A DNA stretch of 64,000 nt from Desulfarculaceae bacterium. Lineage in GTDB: Bacteria; Desulfobacterota; Desulfarculia; Desulfarculales; Desulfarculaceae. The notes below the pieces were generated by a model. That model made no database searches and was not told the origin of the DNA. It was given only the letters and a program-made list of their open reading frames with translations. How positions within the stretch are numbered: the stretch's first letter is position 1; each line of letters opens with the position of its first letter. This document shows, in pieces, positions 19,853 to 28,847 of the stretch. The stretch spans positions 152,870 through 216,869 of the forward strand of contig JAHLKT010000002.1 of the NCBI GenBank assembly GCA_020444545.1, given 5' to 3'. The translations under genes were made by a program, and so were the position numbers.

Positions 19853-20182
19853 ATGATGAGCCAGGCAAGCAAGCAGGCCTGGGTCTGGGCTCTGGGCCTG
19901 GCCCTGGTGGCCGCGATCCTCGCCGGTCCGGCTCCCCACGCCGACGCGGCCCCGCCTCAGCGCATCGTCTTCTATGTCGCCTGATACGACGTGGGTAAGG
20001 CCGCCCTGGAGGGGCAGCCGGGAGTTATCAAGGTGACCCGGGGCTGGCACCGGGGCCGGGAGATCAATGCCGTGACCTACGACCCGGCCAAGATCAGCCA
20101 GGCCTCGATGGTCGATCTGCTGAAAAAAGCCAAGACTTACCGGGGCATAGCCGTGCCGTCCGCTAATATCCCAGCCCAATGA
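19853..20182 (+). CDS. Candidate secreted selenoprotein, short MsrA-like/HMA-like domain (in-frame UGA at 19982-19984)
   Basis: The ATG at 19853 lies 4 nt after the stop of the Mo-enzyme gene. It encodes the signal peptide MMSQASKQAWVWALGLALVAAILAGPAPHADA, then APPQRIVFYVA-UGA-YDVGKAALEGQPGVIKVTRGW... This reads in the same frame as the track ORF 19991..20182, whose GTG start has no SD. See findings. Confidence 0.55.
19999..20019 (+). other. Candidate SECIS-like hairpin downstream of UGA 19982
   Basis: GGCCGCCC-UGGAG-GGGCAGCC forms an 8-bp stem with one C/A mismatch and a 5-nt G-rich loop. It starts 15 nt after the UGA, within the usual bacterial SECIS window. Confidence 0.3.
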
Positions 20183-20322
20183 AGGAATATATACAGTTAG
20201 TATTACTTAAAATGTTAGTTAAATAATAACAAATAAGAAAATTATTAAATATCCCATCATCTCGTGGCACAGCCATGGAAACGCCGGCAACGCAGTATTC
20301 CGGTGTCTGGCTGCGCCGCCGG

Positions 20323-21330
20323 TTAAAAGGTCCAGCCCCAGCTCAGGCTCAGAGTAAAATCCGGGCTGGTGTAGTAGATCAGGTCCTCGGCAAAGGCGAT
20401 GGAGATGAGCTGGCCGTGGGTCGGGACCCACTGCACGCCCAGGAGAATCTGCAACATGCCGTTGTCCAGCCCCTCCACCCCGGTGTCGTCCAGCAGGGGC
20501 GTGGCCCCGTTTAGCTGGGCCCGCAGGGTCAGGGTGTCGCTCCAGGCCCAGCCCAGGGACAGGCTCCCGGCGGCCACGTTGTTGGGTTCCAGGGGGTCCA
20601 GCAGGCTGGTGTAGCCCAAATAGAAGTACAGGGCGTTGGCGCTCAAGGACCAGCGGCCGTGGGTCAGCTCCCCGGTCAGGCCCAGGGCGGGCAGGGCTCC
20701 CCCGGCCCCCAGGCCCTTGTCCGGGTCGCCGCTGGGCAGGCTCACCTGGCCCAACAGGCTGAGCGCCGCGCCCGGCCGGGCCCACAGGCTCCACGCCCCT
20801 TTGAGGCGCAGGTCACCCACGCCCTGGGTGCTGGAGTCCTGGCTGATGATGGTGCGGCTTCGGCTTGATGCCCGGTAGCGCACCAGATCCTGGGGCACCT
20901 GCTCACGGCCTCCGTTGGGCAGGCCCAGGGCGCGGTGATAGGATTCGATGAAGCCGTCCATAAAGCCGCCCCAGTAAAATGCGGCGGGCAGCTCCACCCC
21001 CAGGCGCACCCCGTGGGGCAGGGACTGCTCATAGCCCAGGGACACGTAGCCCAGCTCCATGTCCAAATCCAGGCTGGCCCGGTTGCTGCCCTGGCGCACG
21101 AACACGCTGGAGTAGGCGGTGGTGAGCAGCAGGCGGCCCGTGCCCGCCGGAGCCACCGCCGCGCCCGTGGGAGTGAAGGGCACCAGGGCCAGGGCCAGGG
21201 GTGATTGGTTGGGCACCGCGAAGGGCAGGCTCTGGGGGCTGGGAGCGGTCTCGCTGGCCATGGCCGGGGCGGCGCTAAGGGCCAGGGCCAGGAGCGCGGC
21301 GGCGATTATGCGGTAAAACTTGAGCAACAT
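20323..21330 (-). CDS. Putative outer-membrane beta-barrel protein
   Basis: Start chosen at ATG 21328-21330, behind GGGAGGGG. It has a signal peptide (MLLKFYRIIAAALLALALSAAPAMA), alternating beta-strand-like composition and the C-terminal aromatic signature SWGWTF. Confidence 0.6.
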   Translation of the reverse strand: MLLKFYRIIAAALLALALSAAPAMASETAPSPQSLPFAVPNQSPLALALVPFTPTGAAVAPAGTGRLLLTTAYSSVFVRQGSNRASLDLDMELGYVSLGYEQSLPHGVRLGVELPAAFYWGGFMDGFIESYHRALGLPNGGREQVPQDLVRYRASSRSRTIISQDSSTQGVGDLRLKGAWSLWARPGAALSLLGQVSLPSGDPDKGLGAGGALPALGLTGELTHGRWSLSANALYFYLGYTSLLDPLEPNNVAAGSLSLGWAWSDTLTLRAQLNGATPLLDDTGVEGLDNGMLQILLGVQWVPTHGQLISIAFAEDLIYYTSPDFTLSLSWGWTF

Positions 21331-21453
21331 GGCCCCTCCCTTTGGGATGGGCATTATAGCCCAGGGAGCATCGCTTGTGCAGGGAGCTTAAAGAGGTTGC
21401 GCCCGGCGCGCTATGTTGGCAATATTGGGGCAGTCCCACGGCAGGAGAAAATC

Positions 21454-21609
21454 ATGACCGTTTTGAGAATGCTGGCCTTTTTTATCTTGTTGGCGACCAT
21501 GAGCGCGATGCTGGCGTCTTGCGCCAACGTGGCCCCGCCGGGGTACGACGCCGCATGGGAGCAACGGCGGGCCGATCAGTTGGAGTGGGAGGACGATCCC
21601 TGGCGCTGA
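21454..21609 (+). CDS. Small putative lipoprotein
   Basis: The ATG at 21454 follows GGCAGGAGAAAATC. The 51-aa product MTVLRMLAFFILLATMSAMLASCANV... has a lipobox (LASC). Confidence 0.5.
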   Translation: MTVLRMLAFFILLATMSAMLASCANVAPPGYDAAWEQRRADQLEWEDDPWR

Positions 21610-21682
21610 TCGCCTGACCGCCCCAGAGCAGTCAACGAGGCTGGCGGACGCAAGACCGCCGGCCTCTTCGTTTGCCCGGCTT

Positions 21683-22528
21683 CTAGTAGCGGCCCCGGTA
21701 AAAGGCCAGATGGCGCGCCTGGGGCCGGAACATCCCGGTCAGGCGCTGCACGCCCTCGGGGGGCAAGGGGCCTTTGATTCCGGCCCGGGCCAGGGTGGCC
21801 ACCTCCTCCGGCGTGGAGCATCCCACGATCACCGTGGTCACCTCCTGGGCCAGGGCAAAGCGGATCAGCGCCTCGGCGTCCAGGCCGTCCCGGGGCGAAA
21901 GATAGTGCCCCCCGCCCAGCACCTTCATGGCAATGGCCGCCAGGCCCTTGGCCCGCGCCGCGGGCAGGGTCTCGTCCAAAAAGCCTTCCAAGCAGGCCTC
22001 GGCCGGGTTCACCGGCAAAAGCACCGCGTCCACCGGCCAGGTGAGCACCGCCTTGGTTAACAGATAGGGGTCGTGGTGGCCCGTAACCCCGATGTGGCGC
22101 GCCAGGCCCTGCTCCTTGGCCTGCACAAAGGCCTCCAGGGCCCCGCCCGGACCGGAGATGCGCTGATATTCGTACTCGGTGCGGATGTCGTGAATCTGCC
22201 ACAGGTCCAGGCGCTCCACCCCCATGGTGGCCAGGGTGTTCTCCAGGTCGGCCCAGGCCCCGTCCTTGTCGCGGGCGGCGGACTTGCTGGTCTGGAACAC
22301 CCGGGCCCGGTCCTCGGACCGCTCTGGCCAGACTTGGCCGTAGTAGCCCTGGCTGCCCGCGTAGGCCGGGGCGGTGTCAAAGTAGGTGATGCCCGCCGCG
22401 ATGGCCGCCTCGATCACCGCCTGGGCCTCCTCTTCGCGGTCCTGGGTGCGCAGCACCCCCTCGCCGCCCAGGCCCACCCGGGTCACCGGGAAATCCTTGT
22501 CTCCGAAGCTGGCGGTGGGAATGACCAT
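21683..22528 (-). CDS. Aldo/keto reductase
   Basis: 281-aa ORF with AKR patterns: GITYFDTAPAYAGSQ, ERLDLWQIHD, HIGVTGH. Confidence 0.88.
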   Translation of the reverse strand: MVIPTASFGDKDFPVTRVGLGGEGVLRTQDREEEAQAVIEAAIAAGITYFDTAPAYAGSQGYYGQVWPERSEDRARVFQTSKSAARDKDGAWADLENTLATMGVERLDLWQIHDIRTEYEYQRISGPGGALEAFVQAKEQGLARHIGVTGHHDPYLLTKAVLTWPVDAVLLPVNPAEACLEGFLDETLPAARAKGLAAIAMKVLGGGHYLSPRDGLDAEALIRFALAQEVTTVIVGCSTPEEVATLARAGIKGPLPPEGVQRLTGMFRPQARHLAFYRGRY

Positions 22529-22660
22529 GCTGCCCTCGCTTTCTCCCTAATTTCACTCTAACCGGGCCGGTCGCGCCAGAAAAGGCGCTTGCGGGGCAGG
22601 GGGGTGGGGTCTAGATTTGAGGGCGTGCGTCCTGCAACCCCATGCCCGCGAGGATATACC

Positions 22661-23314
22661 GTGCCCTTTGCCGCCCTGATCTGCGACCTGGATGGAACCC
22701 TGATCAACAGCCTGGACGACCTGGGCGAGAGCATGAACGCGGTTCTGGCCGACGATGGGCTGCCAGTGCATCCCCTGGAGGCCTACCGCTATTTCGTGGG
22801 CAACGGGGTGGAGAAGCTGGCCGAGCGCGCCCTGCCCGAGGACCGGCGCGACCCGGACACGGTGCGCGAGATGGCCCGGCGCATGCGCGCGGTCTATGCC
22901 GACAACTGGGCGGTGCACACCCGCCCCTACGATGGCATCCCCGAGATGCTGGGCCTGGCCGTGGAGCGGGGCCTGGCCCTGGCGGTGCTCTCCAACAAAG
23001 TGGACGAGTTCACCAAGATCATCGTGCCCCACTTTTTCCCAGAGTTCAGCTTCGCGGCCGTGGCCGGGGCCAAGCCAGAGGTGCCTATCAAGCCACACCC
23101 CCAGGCCGCCCTGGGCATGGCAGAAGACCTGGGCCTGGAGCCCGCGCAGTGCATCTTTTTGGGCGACACGGCGGTGGACATGAACACCGCGCGGAGAGCG
23201 GGCATGTTGCCCGTGGGCGTGCTGTGGGGCTTCCGGGGGGAAGAGGAACTGCGCCAGGCGGGCGCGGCCGCGATCCTAAGCCACCCCCGCGAGCTGGCCG
23301 CGCTGTTGAATTAG
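22661..23314 (+). CDS. HAD-superfamily hydrolase (phosphoglycolate-phosphatase-like)
   Basis: GTG start at 22661 behind GAGGA. HAD motif I is ICDLDGTLINS, motif II is LAVLSNK, and motifs III/IV are FLGDTAVDMNTARRAG. Confidence 0.85.
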   Translation: MPFAALICDLDGTLINSLDDLGESMNAVLADDGLPVHPLEAYRYFVGNGVEKLAERALPEDRRDPDTVREMARRMRAVYADNWAVHTRPYDGIPEMLGLAVERGLALAVLSNKVDEFTKIIVPHFFPEFSFAAVAGAKPEVPIKPHPQAALGMAEDLGLEPAQCIFLGDTAVDMNTARRAGMLPVGVLWGFRGEEELRQAGAAAILSHPRELAALLN

Positions 23315-24420
23315 TACAACCTGCGCCTAAAGAGCCAGCCCGCGATACCCAGGGTCACCACCCCGATCACGGCCATGGGCCAGTAGAGCGGCAGCAGAAG
23401 CTCCACGTCCGCCCCTTCCAAGAACACCGACCGGATGATTACCAGGAAATAGCGCAGGGGATTGAGCAGGGTGAACTGCTGCACGATCTCGGGCATGTTG
23501 GCAATGGGCGTGGCGAAGCCCGAGAGGATCACCGCGGGCACCATGAACAGGAAGGTGCCCAGAAGCGCCTGCTGCTGGGTCACGGAGATGGAGCTGATCA
23601 TCAGACCCAGGCCCACCGCCGAGAGGATGAACAGCCCCATGCCCAGATAGAGCGCGGCCAGGCTGCCCAACAGCGGCACTTGGAAGATTTTCACCGCCAC
23701 CAGCATGATCAGGCTGCCTTCGCCCAGGCCGATGATTATGCCGGGCAGGGCCTTGCCCAAGAGGATTTCCGCCGGGTGCAAGGGGGTGACCAGCAACTGG
23801 TCGAAGGTGCCGTTCTCGCGCTCCCGGGCCACGGACAGGGCCGTGACCACCAGGGAGAGCAGCAGGGTCAACAGCCCCACGATGCCCGGCACGATGAACC
23901 AGCGGCTCTCCAAATTGGGGTTGAACCAGGTGCGCACCTTGAGCTCGGCCGGGGGCTTGGGCCAGCCGTGGTCGGCCGCCCACTTGCCGCTGAAATTGGT
24001 GACGATGGTGCGCACGTAGTTCAGCAGCACCATGGCCGTGTTGGAGTTGCGGCCGTCGATGATCACCTGCAAGTCGCCGGGCCGCCCCTGCATGAGCTGG
24101 CGGGTGAAGTCGGGCGGGATGTTGATGACCATCAGCACCTCGCGGGCGTCGATGGCCGGGGCCACCTGGCCCAGGTGGTCCAGGGTTTGGCGTAGCTGGA
24201 AGGCGGGGGAGCCCTGGAACGAGGCCAGCAACTCGCGGGAAGCCACCCCTGCGTCCTGGTTGTAGACCGCGTAGGGCACCTGGTTCAGCTCGAAGGTGGC
24301 CGCGTAGCTGAAGATCAAAAGTTGGAACAGGGGCGGCACGATGAGCATTATTCGGCTGGTCTTGTCCTTGAGCAAGGCCAGCAGCTCCTTGATTACCAGG
24401 GCTCGGATGCGTCCCCACAT
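23311..24420 (-). CDS. ABC-2 type transporter permease (YbhR-like)
   Basis: 369-aa ORF with one N-terminal TM, a large loop, and five C-terminal TMs. It is the last gene of the HlyD / 2xATPase / 2xABC-2 operon. Confidence 0.9.
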   Translation of the reverse strand: MWGRIRALVIKELLALLKDKTSRIMLIVPPLFQLLIFSYAATFELNQVPYAVYNQDAGVASRELLASFQGSPAFQLRQTLDHLGQVAPAIDAREVLMVINIPPDFTRQLMQGRPGDLQVIIDGRNSNTAMVLLNYVRTIVTNFSGKWAADHGWPKPPAELKVRTWFNPNLESRWFIVPGIVGLLTLLLSLVVTALSVARERENGTFDQLLVTPLHPAEILLGKALPGIIIGLGEGSLIMLVAVKIFQVPLLGSLAALYLGMGLFILSAVGLGLMISSISVTQQQALLGTFLFMVPAVILSGFATPIANMPEIVQQFTLLNPLRYFLVIIRSVFLEGADVELLLPLYWPMAVIGVVTLGIAGWLFRRRLY

Positions 24421-24428
24421 GGCCGCCC

Positions 24429-25553
24429 TCAGTCCAGACGCTTGCGGCTACGTAGCCGCACCAGGGTAAAGAAAAACGCCGCCATGACACCCAAGGCCAG
24501 GGAGTTGAGCCCGATCACCGGCCACACGTCCCCGGCCAAAAACACGCTCTGTAACACGGCCACGAAATAGCGCGCCGCGATGACGTGGGTGATGGTCTGC
24601 ACCCAGCCGGGCATGGAGCCGATGTCGAAGATGAATCCCGAGAGGATGAAGGCGGGCAAAAAGGTGGCGAAGATGGCCAGCTGCCCGGCCACGAACTGGC
24701 TGTGGGCCACCGTGGAGATGAGCAGGCCCATGGCCAGCGCGGCCAAAAGGAACAGGGCGCTGACCCCCATGAGCACCCCCAGGCTGCCCCTAAGCGGCAC
24801 CTCGAACAAAAACACCGCCATGGCCACCGAGAGTATCTGACCGCCCATGCCCAGGCAGAAGTAGGGCACCAGCTTGCCTAGAAGGATCTCACTCAAACGC
24901 ACCGGTGTGACCAGCAGGGCCTCCATGGTGCCGCGCTCCCACTCGCGGGCCACCACCATGGAAGTGAGCAGGGCGCCGATCAGGGTCATAATCACCGCGA
25001 TGAGTCCGGGCACCAGAAAGTTGGTGGAGCGCACCTCGGGGTTGAACCAGATGCGCTGCTCCACGTTCACCGGCAGGCTCATGGCCTTGCCCTGCTGGGC
25101 GGCGTAGCGCACCAGCCAGTTGCTCCACACCCCCTCCACGTAGCCCCCCACGATGCGGGCGGTGTTGCCGTCCACCCCGTTGAGGATCAGCCCGATGGGG
25201 GCCGGGCCGCCGGTGAACAGGCGCGAGGCGAAGTTGCTTCTGAGCCACAGGATGCCCTCCACCCGGCGGTGGCGCATGGCATCTTGGGCGGCCTGAATGT
25301 GGTCGTAGCGCATCGGCCGGAACCAGGGCGACTCGTAGAAGTCGGCCAACAGGCTGGAGGCGGCCGGGGACGACTTTTCCACCACCAGGGCCAGGGGCAC
25401 CCGCTTGGCGTCCAGAGACACGCCGTAGCCGAAGATGAACAAGAGGATGGCGGGCAACACGAAAGCGATGGCAATGGAGGAGGGATCGCGGATGATCTGC
25501 AAGGCCTCCTTGCGCACCAGGCCCCGCACCCGTCGCCAGCCGCCCCCGCTCAT
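24429..25553 (-). CDS. ABC-2 type transporter permease (YbhS-like)
   Basis: Start chosen at ATG 25551-25553 (MSGGGWRRVRGLVRKEALQIIRDPSS), which overlaps the ATPase stop as ATGA. The track ORF extends 56 codons further, into the upstream gene. Confidence 0.9.
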   Translation of the reverse strand: MSGGGWRRVRGLVRKEALQIIRDPSSIAIAFVLPAILLFIFGYGVSLDAKRVPLALVVEKSSPAASSLLADFYESPWFRPMRYDHIQAAQDAMRHRRVEGILWLRSNFASRLFTGGPAPIGLILNGVDGNTARIVGGYVEGVWSNWLVRYAAQQGKAMSLPVNVEQRIWFNPEVRSTNFLVPGLIAVIMTLIGALLTSMVVAREWERGTMEALLVTPVRLSEILLGKLVPYFCLGMGGQILSVAMAVFLFEVPLRGSLGVLMGVSALFLLAALAMGLLISTVAHSQFVAGQLAIFATFLPAFILSGFIFDIGSMPGWVQTITHVIAARYFVAVLQSVFLAGDVWPVIGLNSLALGVMAAFFFTLVRLRSRKRLD

Positions 25554-27325
25554 GCCGCCTGCTCCTTGTCCTTGGCCGCGTGGCTCTGCTCGATCAGCTC
25601 GATGAAGGCGTCCTCCATGGTGGGGTCGGGGTTCTCTTGGTTGCGGTGCTCTTGCTTGAGCTGCTCCGGCGTGCCCTCGGCCAAGAGCTTGCCCCGGTCC
25701 ATGATCACCACCCGGTCGCAATACTCGGCCTCTTCCATGAAGTGGGTGGTCACCAACACGGTGACCTGGTGCTCGGCCAGGGCGTTGATGCGCCGCCAGA
25801 ACTCGCGGCGGGCCAGGGGGTCCACGCCCGAGGTGGGCTCGTCCAGGAACAAGATGCGGGGATGGTGCATCAGCGAGGCGGCCAGGGCCAGGCGCTGCTT
25901 GTAGCCCAGGGGCAGGTCTCCGCTGGTGGCCCCGGCCAGCTCGGCCAGCTCGAACTCCTCCAGGGCCCAGCCCACCCGCTCACGCTTGAGCGAGCCCTTG
26001 AGTCCGTAGATGCTGGCAAAGAAGCGCAGGTTCTCGGCCACCGATAGGTTGCCGTAGAGGCTGAAGCGCTGGGCCATGTAGCCGATCTTGGACCGGGCCT
26101 GGGCCGCGGCGGTGCGCAGGTTGTGCCCGGCCACCTGCAAGGTGCCCTCGCTGGCGGGCAGCAGGCCGCAGAGCATACGGAAGGTGGTGGACTTGCCCGC
26201 CCCGTTGGCGCCCAGCAGGCCGAACACCTCGCCGCGCTCCACCGCGAAGCTGATGCCGTCCACCGCGTAGAAGGTTCCAAAGCGGCGCTTCAGGTCCTTG
26301 ACCTCGATCACCGGGCCTTCGCCGGAATCCTCTTCCGGGGCGGGAGCGTTCATGGCCGTGTCCTTGTCGCGGCGCTCCCCGCCCAGCATGTCCACGAAGG
26401 CGTCCTCGAAGCGCGGGGCCACCTCCTGCACCTTGAGCTTCTCGCCGTCCCCGGCCATGCCCGCCAGGCCGGGATCGCCTTTTTCCCGCGTGACTACCCG
26501 CACGCCCTCGCCCTGAATCAAAGCGTCCAAGACCGGCGGGGCCTGGGACAGCTCGCGCTGCAAGCGGCGCTTGCCCATGTCCGGCGAGGAAACCAGGAAG
26601 CTGCGGCCGGTCATGGTGGTGGTGAAGTCGCTGGGCGGCCCGGCCTGGAGCACCTTCCCCTGGTGCATGAGGATCACCTCTTGGCAGCGCTCGGCCTCGT
26701 CCAGATAGGCGGTGCTCAGGAGCACCGTGAAGCCCTGCTCCTCCACCAGGCGGTAGATGATGGCCCACAGCTCGCGGCGCGACAGGGGGTCCACCCCCAC
26801 GGTGGGCTCGTCCAGGAGCAAGAGCTCCTTGGGTTGGGCCAGGGAGCAGGCCAGGCCCAGCTTTTGCTTCATGCCGCCGGAGAGGTCGCCGGCCAGACGC
26901 TTGGTGAAGGGGGCCAGGCCGGTGAGGCGCATCAGCTCCTCGTAACGGGCAGGGCGCTCCTTGGGGGCCAGGTTTTGCAGGTCCGCGTAGAGGTCGAGGT
27001 TTTCCTGCACGGTGAGGTCTTCGTAGAGCCCGAACCGCTGGGGCATGTAGCCCAGGGAGGATTGCACCTCCAGGGCCTGGCGGGCCACGTCCAGGCCCAG
27101 GGCGGTGACCGTGCCCTGGTCGGGCAGTAACAGCCCGGCGGCCAGGCGCATGAGGGTGGTCTTGCCCGCCGCGTCCGGCCCCACCAGGCCGGTGACCAGG
27201 CCGCGCCGCACCGAGGCGCTGACCCCGTCCAGGGCGGTGACCTTGCGGCCGCCCCCGGAGAAGGTCTTGACCACCCCGTCCAGGACCAGGGCCGGGGAGT
27301 CCTGGCTGGCTTGCGGCGCGTTCAC
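25550..27325 (-). CDS. ABC transporter ATP-binding protein with two fused ATPase cassettes (YbhF-like)
   Basis: 591-aa ORF with two sets of motifs. Walker A: GPDAAGKTT and GANGAGKST. Signature: LSGGMKQKL and LPLGYKQRL. Walker B: LLLLDEPT and ILFLDEPT. Confidence 0.92.
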   Translation of the reverse strand: MNAPQASQDSPALVLDGVVKTFSGGGRKVTALDGVSASVRRGLVTGLVGPDAAGKTTLMRLAAGLLLPDQGTVTALGLDVARQALEVQSSLGYMPQRFGLYEDLTVQENLDLYADLQNLAPKERPARYEELMRLTGLAPFTKRLAGDLSGGMKQKLGLACSLAQPKELLLLDEPTVGVDPLSRRELWAIIYRLVEEQGFTVLLSTAYLDEAERCQEVILMHQGKVLQAGPPSDFTTTMTGRSFLVSSPDMGKRRLQRELSQAPPVLDALIQGEGVRVVTREKGDPGLAGMAGDGEKLKVQEVAPRFEDAFVDMLGGERRDKDTAMNAPAPEEDSGEGPVIEVKDLKRRFGTFYAVDGISFAVERGEVFGLLGANGAGKSTTFRMLCGLLPASEGTLQVAGHNLRTAAAQARSKIGYMAQRFSLYGNLSVAENLRFFASIYGLKGSLKRERVGWALEEFELAELAGATSGDLPLGYKQRLALAASLMHHPRILFLDEPTSGVDPLARREFWRRINALAEHQVTVLVTTHFMEEAEYCDRVVIMDRGKLLAEGTPEQLKQEHRNQENPDPTMEDAFIELIEQSHAAKDKEQAA

Positions 27326-27329
27326 GGGA

Positions 27330-28379
27330 CTATTTGCCGGCGCAGGGGTTCTGCCCGCCCCGGGCGGCCGGCTTGGGCGGCTGCTTCAGATCCAGCACCA
27401 CGGTCACCGGCATGCCCAGGCGCAGCTCGTGGCCCGGGTTGCAGGCGTAGATGCGCGCCCGGTAGACCAGCTTGGTGCGCAGCTCCGGGGTCTGCACCGT
27501 CTTGGGGGTGAACTCGGCGGTGGGCGAGATGTAGCCCACCCAGCCGGGGAACTTCTTATTCGGGAAGCTGTCGGTGAGGATGGACGCGCTCATGCCCGGC
27601 ACCACCTTGCCCAGCATGGTCTCGGGCACATAGGCCCGCACCCACACCGGGTTGTTCAGGGCCACGGTGAAGGCCGGGACGGCCGGGGAGGCCATGTCGC
27701 CGGGCTCCAGGATGCGCTGCTGGATCACCCCCTCGCCGCTGGCGTAGAGCTTGGTGTCTCTCAGCTCGCGCTCGGCCAGGCGCGCGGCTGCCTTGAGCGC
27801 CTCCAGCTTGGCTCGCGCGGCCGCGATGTCCTGCTGGCGGGGGCCCTCGATGGCCAGGTTTAGGGACTCGGCCGCCCGCTTGACCTCGGATTTGGCCGCC
27901 AGATAGCGCGCCTCGATGGAGTCGTAGGTCTGGGCCGGGATGGCCTTGCGCTGGTAAAGCTCTTTGTTGCGCTTGTAGAGGTGGGTGGCGTCGGAGAGAT
28001 TGGCCTTGGCCCCGGCCAGGCGGGCGCGGGCCTCGGCGATCTCCTGGGGCCGGCTGCCGGCCAAGAGACGAGCCAGGACCTGATCCTGGGCGGCCACCTC
28101 GGCCTGGGTCCGGGCCAGGTTGGCCTGATAGCGCACCGGGTCCAGCTCGGCCACCAGTTGGCCCGACTTGACCTGGTCGCCTTCTTCCACCAGGATGCGC
28201 TCAATGCGGCCGTTGGCGTGGAAGGCCAGGTGCACCTGGCGAATATCCACGTTTCCGTAGAGGGTTAGCTGATCCTTGGGCTTGTTCTCGGCCGGGCGCA
28301 CATACAAGTAGTAGTAGGCGCCTCCGGCCGCGGCGGCCAGAATGAGCAGCACGATCAGGATCTTCAACGGCTTGGGCAT
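27330..28379 (-). CDS. HlyD-family membrane fusion / periplasmic adaptor protein (YbhG-like)
   Basis: Start chosen at ATG 28377-28379, behind GGGAGG. It has an N-terminal TM (ILIVLLILAAAAGGAYYY), a coiled-coil hairpin and beta-barrel regions typical of HlyD_D23. Confidence 0.9.
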   Translation of the reverse strand: MPKPLKILIVLLILAAAAGGAYYYLYVRPAENKPKDQLTLYGNVDIRQVHLAFHANGRIERILVEEGDQVKSGQLVAELDPVRYQANLARTQAEVAAQDQVLARLLAGSRPQEIAEARARLAGAKANLSDATHLYKRNKELYQRKAIPAQTYDSIEARYLAAKSEVKRAAESLNLAIEGPRQQDIAAARAKLEALKAAARLAERELRDTKLYASGEGVIQQRILEPGDMASPAVPAFTVALNNPVWVRAYVPETMLGKVVPGMSASILTDSFPNKKFPGWVGYISPTAEFTPKTVQTPELRTKLVYRARIYACNPGHELRLGMPVTVVLDLKQPPKPAARGGQNPCAGK

Positions 28380-28521
28380 GGCACCTCCCTGCCGCTTGAG
28401 AGTAGGCAGCGGCAAACTAGGGCAGATGCCTTTGTTATACTCCCATCACCGCCGTAGCTAAACCTTAAGCCGCATTTTCATGCGTCTTTTTCCGCCATGC
28501 CGGGCAGGGGAGGGCGCGGCC

Positions 28522-28716
28522 TCAGCTCTCCAGCTCGTTGAGCATGGCGCGCAGGTCGCGGTGTTGCAGCCACAGGTTGAGGCGCTCGTGCCCGTCGCTC
28601 TGGCTGTAGCGCCGGGCCACCTCCCGCGCCTTGCGCTCGGCCCGCTCTCGCAGCCACGGCCCCGCAATCAGCTTCCCACCCGGCTGCGGCTCCTGCCGGT
28701 CATGTTCCGGATTCAT
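28522..28716 (-). CDS. Small basic hypothetical protein
   Basis: 64-aa reading frame from ATG 28714-28716: MNPEHDRQEPQPGGKLIAGPWLRERAERKAREVARRYSQSDGHERLNLWLQHRDLRAMLNELES. It lies between the MarR gene and the exporter operon on the same strand. No family was recognised, and it could be non-coding. Confidence 0.3.
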   Translation of the reverse strand: MNPEHDRQEPQPGGKLIAGPWLRERAERKAREVARRYSQSDGHERLNLWLQHRDLRAMLNELES

Positions 28717-28847
28717 CTCCCGCCCACGCCGCCTTTGCGGCCAAGGCCCCTTCACCACCGACCTCCGGAGGCGCTCCCTCCTTTGGCTCCTTAATCTACA
28801 CACTGCCCGCCACATGAGTGTATATGCACCTTTCTCCTGAAAAAAAA

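Noticed and set aside
19991-20182. Stand-alone 63-aa gene starting at GTG 19991, as in the ORF track.
   Set aside because: No Shine-Dalgarno sequence precedes the GTG. The upstream in-frame sequence encodes a signal peptide that otherwise has no cargo. This is kept as the alternative hypothesis to the selenoprotein reading.
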